DNA of 59,006 bases from an uncultured Flavobacteriales bacterium (GCA_903899795.1 CAIUKX010000197.1:1-59006), one strand, 5' to 3'; numbered from the stretch's first letter, positions 36,265-46,960 are shown. The notes: generated by a model not told the origin, from the letters alone. Made by a program: numbers and translations.

Positions 36265-37137
36265 TTATTTTGGAATTGCTGCGTCTATTTTATCGAAGAC
36301 ATACAAAAATTGTATAATCGGCAAATAGATAAAGGATGCAAACATCAATGTGCGTGCATCTTTATCCTCGCAAGTCATGAAAAGCTTGTAGGACTGAAGG
36401 AAAAACAAACCGCCGATTACACATGCAATCACTAAAGAAACGGTTCCAGTCCAGTTTAGTACCCATGGTAACAGACTGAATGGAATCAGGATCAATGAAT
36501 AAATCGCAATTTGAAAGGCTGAATTTTTTGATTTTCCCAATTTGGAAGGAAGTAAAGCAAATCCACCGGCTTTGTAATCATCAAATGCTACCCAAGCGAT
36601 GGCCCAGAAATGCGGGAATTGCCAAATGAATTGTACGAAAAATAATACTCCTGCTACTAGATCAAATTTTCCTGTAGCTGCAACGGCTCCAAGCATTGGA
36701 GGAATTGCACCCGGAAATGCACCCACAAATACTGCCCATGGAGTAACTCGTTTCAATGGGGTGTATAAAAACACGTAGGAGATATAAGCTGAAAGTCCTA
36801 AAATTGCGGAATATAGATTGATTTGATACAACATGAAAGTACCTACAACTAGACAAACGATCACAACTGTGTAAGCTTCTGAAAGTGACATTTGATTTTG
36901 AGGTAAAGGTCGACCTGCTGTGCGTTTCATCAGTTTGTCCAGATCTTTTTCCCAGATTTGATTGGAACCGTTGGATGCAGCTGTGACTAACAGTCCACCA
37001 ACCAGTAAAAGAAAGATTTGAAAACTGTCGTGACCTCTTGCAAAAAGATAACCGGAAAGTGCTGAAACAACAACCAGAGCTGAAAGACGAAACTTTGTAA
37101 AACTGATATATGACTTTATTTTTGCTCCTATCGACAT
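36265..37137 (-). CDS. cyoE: Protoheme IX farnesyltransferase (heme O synthase)
   Basis: UbiA-family motifs NQIWEKDLDKLMKRTAGRPLP; 8-9 TM. Confidence 0.92.
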   Translation of the reverse strand: MSIGAKIKSYISFTKFRLSALVVVSALSGYLFARGHDSFQIFLLLVGGLLVTAASNGSNQIWEKDLDKLMKRTAGRPLPQNQMSLSEAYTVVIVCLVVGTFMLYQINLYSAILGLSAYISYVFLYTPLKRVTPWAVFVGAFPGAIPPMLGAVAATGKFDLVAGVLFFVQFIWQFPHFWAIAWVAFDDYKAGGFALLPSKLGKSKNSAFQIAIYSLILIPFSLLPWVLNWTGTVSLVIACVIGGLFFLQSYKLFMTCEDKDARTLMFASFIYLPIIQFLYVFDKIDAAIPK

Positions 37138-37190
37138 ACTTATTGGGGAGATTTCCCGCTTAAAATTCGGTGCAAATGTAATGATAATAT

Positions 37191-37225
37191 TATGATGTTT
37201 GATTTTGGATGTTGAATGTTTGATT
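37191..37225. repeat. GATGTTTG/GATGTTG/AATGTTTG repeat cluster in the cyoE/RDD divergent spacer
   Basis: TATGATGTTTGATTTTGGATGTTGAATGTTTGATT. Confidence 0.45.
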
Positions 37226-37341
37226 ATTTTTTATGTTTGTAAATGGTACGGTTTCTAATCGACAAAAAATACTAATCTTTGTTTCTAATTTTAACACAAT
37301 CAAATGTTGAGTTATAAAATAATTAAGAACCTCTAGAAAAC

Positions 37342-37935
37342 ATGAAAACAACCATCGAACAACTTACCGAGACGAAAACCTTTTACAAGAGAGATCGTGA
37401 TCAATTTGGAAACAGAACGAAAGAACCTTACGAAAAAAATGTAAAAAGAAAAGTAAATCTAGTAACTGGTTGGCCACGTTTCGGACATTATTTTATTGAT
37501 TCACTCATTATTGGATTAATTTCATTTGTTGTAGACTTATTTTTCCTTCATAATATAAGCTCAGATCATTTTCTTGTTTTTAGATCAAATGGGGTGATCT
37601 ATAATTTTATTCCATCTATTAATAATGTTACTATCACGGTAGGTTACTACTTCATTTGTGAAAAGACGATGCAACGAACTGTAGGGAAGTTTGCAACCAA
37701 TTCCGTTGTCATTAACCAATATGCCGAAGCACCTGATGCAGGATCTCTTATCGGAAGATCTTTTGCTCGGTTAGTTCCTTTCGATGCATTTTCTTGTTTA
37801 GGTGGTGATAGAGGATGGCATGATAAATGGTCAAAAACATATGTCGTGACTACAGAGGAACGCGATAAACTTAGAAAGCTTCTCAATGAACAACAAGGAA
37901 TTTTTATCAGCGATTCTGAAGATTTACTAGACTAA
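37342..37935 (+). CDS. RDD family membrane protein
   Basis: GWPRFGHYFIDSLIIGLISFVV and a later GRSFARLVP segment are typical of RDD domains. Confidence 0.6.
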   Translation: MKTTIEQLTETKTFYKRDRDQFGNRTKEPYEKNVKRKVNLVTGWPRFGHYFIDSLIIGLISFVVDLFFLHNISSDHFLVFRSNGVIYNFIPSINNVTITVGYYFICEKTMQRTVGKFATNSVVINQYAEAPDAGSLIGRSFARLVPFDAFSCLGGDRGWHDKWSKTYVVTTEERDKLRKLLNEQQGIFISDSEDLLD

Positions 37936-37970
37936 TTAAGCGGAAGAAATTTATTACTTTGATAAAAACA

Positions 37971-38000
37971 AAAAAGGCATGTTGAAAAACATGCCTTTTT
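37971..38000. terminator. Bidirectional intrinsic terminator between the RDD gene and queA
   Basis: AAAAAGGCATGTT-GAAA-AACATGCCTTTTT: 13-bp stem flanked by A5/T5. Confidence 0.8.
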
Positions 38001-38022
38001 CTTAAGATTATTTAATTTTTTC

Positions 38023-39081
38023 TTACAAAATCAGCATCGCGTCTCCGTAAGAATAAAATCTGTATTTTTCTTTAACAGCTTGTTGATACGCTTCAATCAT
38101 GAGGTCATGACCACAGAAAGAAGAAATCATCATCAACAAGGTAGAAAGTGGTGTATGGAAATTTGTCACCATACAATCTGCAATACTGAAATCGTAAGGA
38201 GGGAAGATGAATTTATTAGTCCAACCGTCAAAAGGATTTAACAATCCTTCGGTTGAAACTGACGATTCAATTGCCCGCATACAGGTTGTACCAATTGCAC
38301 AGACACGTTTTTTATTTCGTTTTGCATTATTGACTACATCAGCACACTCTCTAGAAATATGCATTTGTTCAGAGTCCATTTTGTGTTTTGTCAAATCTTC
38401 CACTTCAACCGGTCGGAATGTTCCAAGTCCGATATGAAGTGTTAATTCTGCAAAGTTTACACCTTTTAACTCCAAACGTTTCATTAATTGACGGGAAAAA
38501 TGCAATCCTGCAGTTGGAGCAGCGACAGCACCTTCTTCTTTCGCAAAAATAGTCTGGTAACGTTCCTCGTCGGTATCTTCCACTTTACGTTTGATATACT
38601 TCGGAATCGGCGTTTCACCCAATTCAGTAATTTTCGCCTTGAATTCGTCATACGATCCATCGAATAAGAAACGAAGTGTTCTTCCACGAGATGTAGTATT
38701 ATCAATAACTTCCGCTACCAATGAATCATCATCTCCAAAATACAACTTGTTCCCGATTCTGATTTTTCTAGCCGGATCAACCAATACGTCCCAAAGAAGA
38801 CTTTCACGGTTCAATTCACGAAGTAAAAAAACCTCGATTTTAGCACCTGTTTTTTCTTTGTTTCCGTACATACGAGCTGGAAAAACTCTCGTATTGTTCA
38901 TTATCATTACATCACCTTCATTGAAATAATTAATGATGTCTTTAAATAACCTATGTTCTATCTTGCCAGAATCACGATGAATAACCATCAATTTGGACTC
39001 ATCACGGTTTTCTGTGGGATATTCAGCGATAAGTTCTTCTGGTAAATCAAAACTAAACTCCGACAGTTTCATTTTCGTCAT
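38023..39081 (-). CDS. queA: tRNA preQ1(34) S-adenosylmethionine ribosyltransferase-isomerase
   Basis: Full-length QueA-like sequence ([17 protein letters not shown]..., [12 protein letters not shown]..., [14 protein letters not shown]). Confidence 0.97.
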   Translation of the reverse strand: MTKMKLSEFSFDLPEELIAEYPTENRDESKLMVIHRDSGKIEHRLFKDIINYFNEGDVMIMNNTRVFPARMYGNKEKTGAKIEVFLLRELNRESLLWDVLVDPARKIRIGNKLYFGDDDSLVAEVIDNTTSRGRTLRFLFDGSYDEFKAKITELGETPIPKYIKRKVEDTDEERYQTIFAKEEGAVAAPTAGLHFSRQLMKRLELKGVNFAELTLHIGLGTFRPVEVEDLTKHKMDSEQMHISRECADVVNNAKRNKKRVCAIGTTCMRAIESSVSTEGLLNPFDGWTNKFIFPPYDFSIADCMVTNFHTPLSTLLMMISSFCGHDLMIEAYQQAVKEKYRFYSYGDAMLIL

Positions 39082-39115
39082 ATAACTATGTTGTTACTGG
39101 ATAATAAAAAGAGCG

Positions 39116-39123
39116 CAAAGTTA
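39116..39123 (-). promoter_or_regulatory. -7 box TAACTTTG upstream of queA
   Basis: The minus strand reads TAACTTTG 35 nt upstream of the queA ATG. Confidence 0.4.
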
Positions 39124-39207
39124 TAAAATATTGCGGAGAAAAATTCATTCATTTCAAGAAACTCTTTAAATTTATTTGGAAAGCTGAAGGGCTTCCCAAT
39201 TTGTAAT

Positions 39208-41886
39208 TTATTTTTTTACAATATGTCCGGGTTGATCTTCCTCAATATCAAGAATCCACGTATAATAACCGATGAAATGAGAATCGAAAAATCCTTTACA
39301 TTTATTAATGGATGGAGGAATACATATTCGGTTGTTCGATGCTAAACCGGGAACTAGATGCTGTGGAGCAATTCCATCCTGTAAACAAGGCGGGTCCTGA
39401 TTTTTTAAATTGAAATTGCTACCGTATTGCCAAATCTCTTTCCATTCCAGAGGATTGACAAATCCACTTTTAGCATTTTCGGGAGCAATGATGTAATAAC
39501 CGCCAAAATTTATTTTTCCTCTTAATTCTTTCAGCATTCCTTGTGAATAGGCAAATCCCATGCTATGTGTCACAATATATAGGGTGTCGTTTTTGGAATA
39601 TCCAGGGATTTCATTCAGGATCTGGAGCAGATTTTTTCCGGCAATTTCTCCTTTTTGTCGCCGAAGTGCAAATCCTTTTTTATTGGGTTTCAATTTGAGT
39701 CGGTTGATGGTTTTCGGATCTTCAAAAAGTGATTCCCAGAAATTTTCACCTTGGTTGTAATAGCATTTGTGATGGTTCAGATTTTTACATCGTTTGGGAA
39801 AGTTGGATGAAGTACTGGTAAAATTAATGAGTGATCGATAATTGGAAGTTTCCACTGAAAAATGTCCGTCTGCATAATAGGTTTCATTCGGGTTGATTCG
39901 TTTTTCAAAAAGTAGGTTGACTTTGTTCCAGGGTTGCCAATAATCATATCGATCAAAGTCGTAGATGAAATTTTTTGAATTGGGAAATTCCAATCCGTTG
40001 TTTTGGATATCACTGAAATTCTCCTCGAATGTCTGACCAATAGATGTGGGACGATACCCGTTCACAAAGACCAAAATCCGATTGGGAACATCTTCAGAAG
40101 TCAGCTTGGCTGTCACATCCGATCCGGAATAATTGTAAATTTTTTGCTTCTCAATTTCACCTTTTTCGTTGGTGTAACTGCAGACGATATAATGCCCCTG
40201 TGCAAAGGCATGGTAATTTAATGTACTCAGATTAATGTTGTTTCCGCTTGACATAAATTTCGCATTGTTCCAGTGTCCTTTGTGGTCTTTTTTGATTTCG
40301 AAATAGATAACACGACCTCGTTTTTTCAGGAACCATTTGTTCTTTTTATGAATCAAGATTTCGGAACAAACTTCGGAGACTTCTTCGTGAAACAATTTAT
40401 TGTTGAAGAGTAATTCTTTTTTCGCTTGCTTGTAATCGAGATCGGTTAATTCAATTACTGGTCCCGAAACTTTTTTGAAGTAGAATAGAATTTTATTGGT
40501 AATTGCATAGTTTTCATAGATTTGAAAAAGAGTAAACCCGACGATTGAAACAAAGATAAATCGCCTTAGAAATTTGAATTTCCATTTTCTTTTTTCCCAC
40601 AGTTGTTTGAGTTTTTTACGAATGAAAAACAAGATAAATAGGGTTCCTGCAGAAAAGAGAACGTCCAATATAGAGATATAGTAATCACCGATTTTGTGGA
40701 AAGGTCGAAGAATCCAATATTTTACTTTGAAACGGTAAGACAAGTAATTTTGTTTATACGGTTTTTTGATTTCTTTGAGCAAACGATTGCTTTTGAAAAT
40801 GACATTGCCGTGCTCATCCTCTTCCCAAAAATAATAGGCTACTGTTCCATTGTTGGTAGGGACATTTTCTTGGTTATCATACATCGAATAATAATTGGAA
40901 ACGTTTCTCAGGCGACTCCATTGAAAATGAGTTAGATGAAATCCATGAATGGTGTCCATTAAATTTTGTGTTGTTCCTTTTTCCGGACCTTGGTTTTCCC
41001 ATGAATCGGGTAGTGCACCCATTCCATATCCCAACGTTCGGGCGAGCTGATTGGTGACCCAATTGTGGTTTTCGGGATTTTTTATAAAGGCAATGGATTT
41101 GTTTTTGACCATGAATCCATTCAAAAGAGAATCTTCAAAACCTTTGATCAAAAATACGAAATAAGCATTTTTATCCATTTTCGGATGTTGTTCGAAATAC
41201 AAATCGCGAAGCAAACGCATTTGTCCCGAATACTCTTTGTGTTTGGGATCTGGATTACTAAAAATAGTAGATGGTTCAAATACATTAGATTGAAAAACAT
41301 TTCCGATTTCCACTTCAAAATTGATGTTGGCTTGTCGATAAATATGATCGAGCTTTTCTTCTATTTCACGGGTAGAAAATCGAATAGGGGTCAAAGGAAC
41401 AATGATGATTTTCTCATGAATTTCCTTTTGAATTTCTACGTAAAGTTTAGCTACAATTTGCCCGTCAAGATATACTTTAACGGTGTAATCGTCAGATTTT
41501 GATGGTAGGAAAATGGTGATGGTAGAATCGTTTTCAACATTGAAATTGATCGGTTCTTTGTCAATGAACAACTTGATCCGTTCGTTCTTTTTTTTCTTCA
41601 AACGGATGGATTTAAAAAGCAAGTCTACTTGATCAGTTGAGCCTTTTGAAACAGATTTATAGGCTGTATATCCGGTAAATTTGGGATTGATTTGAAACGA
41701 AGGGTATTGATTTTTCCATTCCACATGATCCATCCGATCAAATCCGTAATGCTGTTTAGGATGTGCTTTAAAAACAACAGAAGGATATATAGGGGAAGTT
41801 GAAGATTTTTCGTCAGGGGTATATTGTCCAAATACCACAACTATTGTGAAAAGCCAACAAATAGATGAGAGAATGAACCGAGCCAT
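39208..41886 (-). CDS. Large hypothetical envelope protein: signal peptide, degenerate metzincin-like domain, 2 TM, DUF900/lipase-like alpha/beta-hydrolase domain
   Basis: 892 aa. LARTLGYGMGALPDSW...TTQNLMD sits where HExxHxxGxxH...Met-turn would be. TM helices at about aa 401-422 and 443-457. ILVFVNGY and nucleophile elbow IVTHSMGFAY (Ser775). Confidence 0.85.
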   Translation of the reverse strand: MARFILSSICWLFTIVVVFGQYTPDEKSSTSPIYPSVVFKAHPKQHYGFDRMDHVEWKNQYPSFQINPKFTGYTAYKSVSKGSTDQVDLLFKSIRLKKKKNERIKLFIDKEPINFNVENDSTITIFLPSKSDDYTVKVYLDGQIVAKLYVEIQKEIHEKIIIVPLTPIRFSTREIEEKLDHIYRQANINFEVEIGNVFQSNVFEPSTIFSNPDPKHKEYSGQMRLLRDLYFEQHPKMDKNAYFVFLIKGFEDSLLNGFMVKNKSIAFIKNPENHNWVTNQLARTLGYGMGALPDSWENQGPEKGTTQNLMDTIHGFHLTHFQWSRLRNVSNYYSMYDNQENVPTNNGTVAYYFWEEDEHGNVIFKSNRLLKEIKKPYKQNYLSYRFKVKYWILRPFHKIGDYYISILDVLFSAGTLFILFFIRKKLKQLWEKRKWKFKFLRRFIFVSIVGFTLFQIYENYAITNKILFYFKKVSGPVIELTDLDYKQAKKELLFNNKLFHEEVSEVCSEILIHKKNKWFLKKRGRVIYFEIKKDHKGHWNNAKFMSSGNNINLSTLNYHAFAQGHYIVCSYTNEKGEIEKQKIYNYSGSDVTAKLTSEDVPNRILVFVNGYRPTSIGQTFEENFSDIQNNGLEFPNSKNFIYDFDRYDYWQPWNKVNLLFEKRINPNETYYADGHFSVETSNYRSLINFTSTSSNFPKRCKNLNHHKCYYNQGENFWESLFEDPKTINRLKLKPNKKGFALRRQKGEIAGKNLLQILNEIPGYSKNDTLYIVTHSMGFAYSQGMLKELRGKINFGGYYIIAPENAKSGFVNPLEWKEIWQYGSNFNLKNQDPPCLQDGIAPQHLVPGLASNNRICIPPSINKCKGFFDSHFIGYYTWILDIEEDQPGHIVKK

Positions 41887-41897
41887 GAATGAAAAAT

Positions 41898-42608
41898 TTA
41901 TTCGAGTGTTTCTGAATCTTTACGTATTTCAACAATCCAGTCATCAACTGATTTTGCATTTTCGATGGATAACTCTCCAGATTGAGTTCTTCGCAAGTCA
42001 GTTAAAACGCCGCCTGACTGAAGAGCTTTACCGAAATCATAGGCTATAGAACGAATGTAAGTGCCTTTTGAACAGCTTATTTCAAAATCTATTTCCGGGA
42101 ATCTGGCCATCGAAATTTTAAAATCCGAGATGTGAATTGTATTAGATTTCATTACAATTTCCTTGCCAGCTCTTGCAAGGTCGTATGCACGTTTTCCATC
42201 AATTTGTTTGGCAGAAAATATCGGTGGAATTTGTTGTTGTTCACCAATAAATGTTTTGCGGACTTCCTCGACCATTTCCGGGGTAATATGATCTGTTGGA
42301 AATGCTTCATTGTATTCGGTTTCGAGGTCGTAAGAAGGTGTTGTCTTTCCAACTAAAATAGTCCCGGTGTAAGTTTTTTCACCTCCCATGAGCTGATCGA
42401 TCAACTTGGTGTGCTTCCCTATGCAAATGATCAGTAGTCCTGTGGCAAGCGGGTCAAGCGTACCTGCATGCCCCACTTTTATTTTTTTGACACCCAGTTT
42501 TTGCTTGAGGTTCCATCGAATTTTGTTAACGACATCGAATGAAGTCCAAGTGTAGGGCTTGTCGACCAAAATAGTACAACCTTCTGTGAAATCAATAGTG
42601 TTCGACAT
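41898..42608 (-). CDS. truB: tRNA pseudouridine(55) synthase
   Basis: VGHAGTLDPLATGLLIICIG catalytic Asp motif. Confidence 0.95.
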   Translation of the reverse strand: MSNTIDFTEGCTILVDKPYTWTSFDVVNKIRWNLKQKLGVKKIKVGHAGTLDPLATGLLIICIGKHTKLIDQLMGGEKTYTGTILVGKTTPSYDLETEYNEAFPTDHITPEMVEEVRKTFIGEQQQIPPIFSAKQIDGKRAYDLARAGKEIVMKSNTIHISDFKISMARFPEIDFEISCSKGTYIRSIAYDFGKALQSGGVLTDLRRTQSGELSIENAKSVDDWIVEIRKDSETLE

Positions 42609-42644
42609 GGTCGGGAAATAAATTGAGAAGTTTGGGAAAGAAAA

Positions 42645-43454
42645 TTACATGGAAAAATAAGCAATCAAAATGATGCCGACAATGATTCTGTACCACCCCC
42701 AAATTTTAAAACCATATTTTTCAATGAATCCGATGAAGAATTTGATAGCAATCGCTGCAACGATAAAAGCCACTAAGTTTCCAACGACAAAACTGGTGAT
42801 ATTTTCAGAAGAGGAAAGGATCATTTCGTACCCTTTTTGTTTCATTCCTTTATATTCCCAATCTTTTACTACAATTGAATAAAGCGTTACGGCCAGCATC
42901 GTTGGCACAGCTAGAAAGAAACTGAATTCTGCCGCCATTCTACGTGTTAATCCTTGCTGCATACCACCAATGATTGAAGCTGCTGATCGGCTCGTTCCCG
43001 GCATCATGGCTAGACATTGCCAAAATCCGATGGTGATTGCTTTTCGAATCGTAACGTTTTCTTCTTTGTTGATTTTGGTGTTTTTGAACAACCGATCGAT
43101 AAAGAGTAAGATAAATCCTCCGAGGATCAGAACTATTGCAATCGGAATGGGTTTTTCAAGTACTTCTTCAATTTTATCATCGAATAATTTCCCGAGAACT
43201 AATGCAGGCAGAACAGCTAGCGCCAGTTTGATATAGAATTGCGGTGATTTAAAGTCTAAAAATTTCTTTCTGTAAAGAACCACTACTGACAAAATCGCCC
43301 CGAATTGAACTGAAACCTGAAACATTTTCACAAACTCGTCGCTTTGAATTCCGAAAATGGAACTTGTAAAGATCATGTAAGCAGTGGAAGAAACCGGCAA
43401 AAATTCAGTCAATCCTTCAACTAATGCAAGTATGAGCGCTTGAATTAAATCCAT
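42645..43454 (-). CDS. uppP: Undecaprenyl-diphosphate phosphatase
   Basis: EGLTEFLPVSSTAYM and PGTSRSAASI motifs. Confidence 0.95.
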   Translation of the reverse strand: MDLIQALILALVEGLTEFLPVSSTAYMIFTSSIFGIQSDEFVKMFQVSVQFGAILSVVVLYRKKFLDFKSPQFYIKLALAVLPALVLGKLFDDKIEEVLEKPIPIAIVLILGGFILLFIDRLFKNTKINKEENVTIRKAITIGFWQCLAMMPGTSRSAASIIGGMQQGLTRRMAAEFSFFLAVPTMLAVTLYSIVVKDWEYKGMKQKGYEMILSSSENITSFVVGNLVAFIVAAIAIKFFIGFIEKYGFKIWGWYRIIVGIILIAYFSM

Positions 43455-43461
43455 CTTTTTC

Positions 43462-43749
43462 TTAGTCGTTTTTTAATTCATTTTTTGGCTTCGGCTTACG
43501 CATGATTGCGTACATGATTACCAGATAACCAGCTATAATGACCATCGGAGAAAGTGTAATACGTACACTGCTGAAAATTTCATTTTCGTTGAAATCGTTT
43601 GCGTTTTTTGCTCCACCACCGATCATCAAAATGAATCCAAGGATATTGATTCCCAAACCAATTAATAATAATTTGTAGTTTTCAGGTCGAAATCCAAAAA
43701 GGTGTTTTTTATTTTCCATAACGTTATTTTTCAATTTAATATAAGTCAT
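43462..43749 (-). CDS. DUF3098-like small membrane protein
   Basis: Two TM; conserved position between ftsX and uppP in Bacteroidota. Start may be the internal Met at 43719. Confidence 0.6.
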   Translation of the reverse strand: MTYIKLKNNVMENKKHLFGFRPENYKLLLIGLGINILGFILMIGGGAKNANDFNENEIFSSVRITLSPMVIIAGYLVIMYAIMRKPKPKNELKND

Positions 43750-44623
43750 CCAACTTCATACGCAAGAACTTATTCAATGCAAACCAAGTGGATACGAAGG
43801 TAATCACAATTCCTATTGCAAGTATTGAGCCGAATAGCATCAGCAATTCCTGAAGATTGTAACTGATTTCAATCGATTCAAGTACGTTGTTCAAAGCAAA
43901 GAATAAAGTCATCAATAAAGCCATACCTATCACCGCAGAGACAATGCCCTGAAAAATAGATTGGATCAAAAACGGACGGCGAATGTAAATATGAGTCGCT
44001 CCCACCAACTGCATGGTTTTAATGGTAAAACGTTTCGAGTACAATGCCAGTCGAATGGTATTGTTGATCATAGCTACTGCTACAATAATCAAAAGGAAAG
44101 CCACAACACCGAAGAGAAAAACAAACTGTTTGAATCCTAGGTTCACGTTGTTGACACTTGATTCTTCGTAGTTTACCTCATCGATTTCCGGAAAAGTTTT
44201 GAGCAATTCTTTTTTGATTTGTTTCATTCCTTCTTTGGTGGCATATTCCGCTTTGGGTTTGAATCCGATGGTAGGAGGAAGGGGATTGTCACCTTCGAAA
44301 ATGGATAAAATCTGTTTTTCGTTTTGGTCTTTTCCGCTGAATTCTTCGATAGCTCTTTCTGGAGATACAAAGTAAACATCGGTAAATTTATTCCAGGTTT
44401 TTAATTCTTGTTCGATTTGCTTGATGTCTGCATCGTTCATTTCAGGTTTGAAAAATAGGTCGACTTGCAGACTTTCTTTGGCTTGTTTTTGAACGTTACC
44501 GAGACCCAAAACACCACCGATAACCAGTCCGATCATGAATAAAACCAAGGAAATTCCGATTACCGTTGAAACGTAACTGGTTCGGACACCTTTTTGGTTA
44601 AATTTTTCTACTTTACTGTTCAT
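43736..44623 (-). CDS. ftsX: Cell division protein FtsX-like permease
   Basis: N-terminal TM, periplasmic domain, C-terminal 3-TM FtsX domain (IRLALYSKRFTIKTMQLVGAT). Confidence 0.85.
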   Translation of the reverse strand: MNSKVEKFNQKGVRTSYVSTVIGISLVLFMIGLVIGGVLGLGNVQKQAKESLQVDLFFKPEMNDADIKQIEQELKTWNKFTDVYFVSPERAIEEFSGKDQNEKQILSIFEGDNPLPPTIGFKPKAEYATKEGMKQIKKELLKTFPEIDEVNYEESSVNNVNLGFKQFVFLFGVVAFLLIIVAVAMINNTIRLALYSKRFTIKTMQLVGATHIYIRRPFLIQSIFQGIVSAVIGMALLMTLFFALNNVLESIEISYNLQELLMLFGSILAIGIVITFVSTWFALNKFLRMKLDDLY

Positions 44624-44807
44624 CGAATGCGAAAATAGAAATAATTGTTTGAAGGACGGATAGGATCGTCAAAAAAGAGGTTATGAAATGTTAAAATGGG
44701 GAATCTTTTTACTTTTTATCTTTGATTTTTTTATCAAAGGAAATCGAATTAATCAGAGTCCAATTTGTTTGTTGTTCTTAATATTCAAAATGATGCCTCA
44801 TTAAATC

Positions 44808-44841
44808 AAAAAAGAGAAGGACTGGCATCCCTCTCTTTTTT
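44808..44841 (+). terminator. Orphan intrinsic terminator in the ftsX-lepA divergent spacer
   Basis: AAAA-AAGAGAAGG-ACTGGCAT-CCCTCTCTT-TTTT: 9-bp stem with one mismatch, flanked by A and T runs. No annotated gene ends here. Confidence 0.5.
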
Positions 44842-45157
44842 CTTACCTAAACTACTACTACTTATGAAAAATCGTATATATCGATGTGATCTATTATCTC
44901 TTTAATGTTTTTTGCCTTTTTTGCAAGGCTTCTATATCTATAACGGACATGTATCTGAAAAATTACACCCACTTAGATTATTTAACATTTTTTTTGAATT
45001 GCTACGAAATACACTTATTGACTTCAACTGACTTTTAGGACAAAATTGTATTTGTAGCGTTTTTGGTCGAAGACATCTTTAATTTCAGATTTTTGCCGTA
45101 TTTTTACGCTCCGTTTGTCCATTATAAACGGTTTTAACAACAGTTGTTTCGACATTT

Positions 45158-46960
45158 ATGAAGAATATTCGTAATTTTTGCATCATTGCACATATTGATC
45201 ACGGGAAGAGTACATTAGCTGACCGACTTTTACAAACTACAGGTACTATTTCAGACCGAGAAATGCAGGCACAGGCTTTGGACGATATGGATCTGGAGCG
45301 TGAAAGAGGGATCACTATCAAAAGTCACGCGATTCAAATGGATTACAAACATGAAGGTCAATTGTATAAGTTGAATCTAATTGATACTCCAGGACACGTT
45401 GATTTTTCCTACGAAGTTTCCCGCTCAATCGCTGCATGTGAAGGAGCTTTATTAATTGTGGATGCATCACAGGGAATTGAAGCACAAACAATTTCGAATT
45501 TGTATTTAGCAATCGAACACGATTTGGAAATCATTCCGATTCTGAATAAAATGGATTTACCTGGGGCAATGCCGGAGGAAGTATCAGATCAGATCATTGA
45601 GTTATTGGGTTGTAAAATGGAAGATATCATTCAGGCTTCAGGAAAAACAGGTTTGGGTGTTGACTTAATTTTAGATGCTGTTATCAATAGAATTCCTGCT
45701 CCGCAAGGAGATGAAAGTGCACCGCTTCAAGCGATGATTTTTGATTCTGTTTTCAATCCATTCCGTGGAATTATTGCTTATTATCGAGTTCGTAACGGAA
45801 TCCTCCGAAAAGGGGACAAAGTAAAATTCTTCAATACTGGAAAAACGTATAATGCCGACGAGATCGGAATATTAAAGATCAATCCTTCATTATTTCCTCA
45901 GGATGCAGTGAAAGCAGGAGATGTAGGTTATATTATTTCAGGAATCAAGCAGGCAAACGAAGTAAAGGTAGGAGATACAATAACCTTATTTGATAATCCA
46001 TGTTTGGAGTCCATCAAAGGATTTGAGGATGTAAAACCAATGGTATTTGCGGGAATTTATCCGGTAGATACGGAAGATTATGAGGAATTGCGTTACTCGA
46101 TGGAGAAGTTGCAATTGAATGATTCATCACTTGTTTTCGAACCTGAATCTTCAGCTGCATTGGGATTTGGTTTCCGTTGCGGATTCTTGGGAATGCTTCA
46201 CATGGAAATTATTCAAGAGCGTTTGGAACGCGAATTCAATATGACTGTGATTACTACAGTTCCTAACGTATCGTATTACGCCTATATGCGTAAGAATCCG
46301 GAAGTGAAGATTGTTGTAAATAACCCTTCTGAATTGCCTGATCCTTCTGGGATGGCATATATTGAAGAACCATATATCAAAGCGCAAGTCATTACTAAAT
46401 CAGAATATGTAGGTCAGATTATGACTTTATGTATTGAGAAAAGAGGTGAATTGAGAAATCAAGTGTATTTGACGCAAGATAGAGTAGAACTTACGTTTGA
46501 AATGCCACTGGCTGAAATTGTATTTGATTTTTATGATCGTTTGAAATCGGTTTCAAGAGGTTATGCTTCATTTGATTACCATCCGGTTGGATACAAAGAA
46601 TCGGATTTGATCAAGATGGATTTGTTGTTGAATGCTGAGCAGATAGATGCTTTATCCGCTTTGGTACATAGAAGCAATGCGTATTCCTTAGGAAAGAAAT
46701 TGTGTTTGAAATTGAAGGAACTGATTCCGAGACAGCAATTTGAGATTCCTATTCAAGCAGCAATCGGAGCTAAAATTATTGCACGTGAAACGATCAAAGC
46801 TTTGCGAAAAGATGTTACTGCAAAATGTTATGGGGGTGATATTTCACGTAAACGTAAATTGTTGGAAAAACAGAAAGAAGGGAAGAAACGTATGCGCCAG
46901 GTTGGGCGTGTAGAGATTCCTCAAGATGCATTTATGGCCATTCTGAAATTGAACGATTAG
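45158..46960 (+). CDS. lepA: Translation elongation factor 4
   Basis: [32 protein letters not shown], LepA C-terminal domain. Confidence 0.98.
   Translation: MKNIRNFCIIAHIDHGKSTLADRLLQTTGTISDREMQAQALDDMDLERERGITIKSHAIQMDYKHEGQLYKLNLIDTPGHVDFSYEVSRSIAACEGALLIVDASQGIEAQTISNLYLAIEHDLEIIPILNKMDLPGAMPEEVSDQIIELLGCKMEDIIQASGKTGLGVDLILDAVINRIPAPQGDESAPLQAMIFDSVFNPFRGIIAYYRVRNGILRKGDKVKFFNTGKTYNADEIGILKINPSLFPQDAVKAGDVGYIISGIKQANEVKVGDTITLFDNPCLESIKGFEDVKPMVFAGIYPVDTEDYEELRYSMEKLQLNDSSLVFEPESSAALGFGFRCGFLGMLHMEIIQERLEREFNMTVITTVPNVSYYAYMRKNPEVKIVVNNPSELPDPSGMAYIEEPYIKAQVITKSEYVGQIMTLCIEKRGELRNQVYLTQDRVELTFEMPLAEIVFDFYDRLKSVSRGYASFDYHPVGYKESDLIKMDLLLNAEQIDALSALVHRSNAYSLGKKLCLKLKELIPRQQFEIPIQAAIGAKIIARETIKALRKDVTAKCYGGDISRKRKLLEKQKEGKKRMRQVGRVEIPQDAFMAILKLND

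Noticed and set aside
38591-38929. 112-aa ORF antisense to queA; likewise 41065..41502 (antisense to the 892-aa gene) and 50703..51131 / 50896..51225 (antisense to ppx)
   Set aside because: These are shadow ORFs opposite well-supported genes in an AT-rich genome, with no motifs.
44624-45157. Known structured RNAs (tRNA, tmRNA, RNase P, SRP/4.5S, 6S, riboswitches) in the large spacers 44624-45157, 47873-48332, 34804-35174 and 28380-28661
   Set aside because: I could not find hallmark sequences: T-loop GGTTCGAATCC, RNase P GAGGAAAGTCC, the SRP GGAAGCAGCC-type motif, or the TPP CTGAGA box upstream of dxs. This was an eye-scan only; a covariance-model search (Infernal/Rfam) would be decisive.
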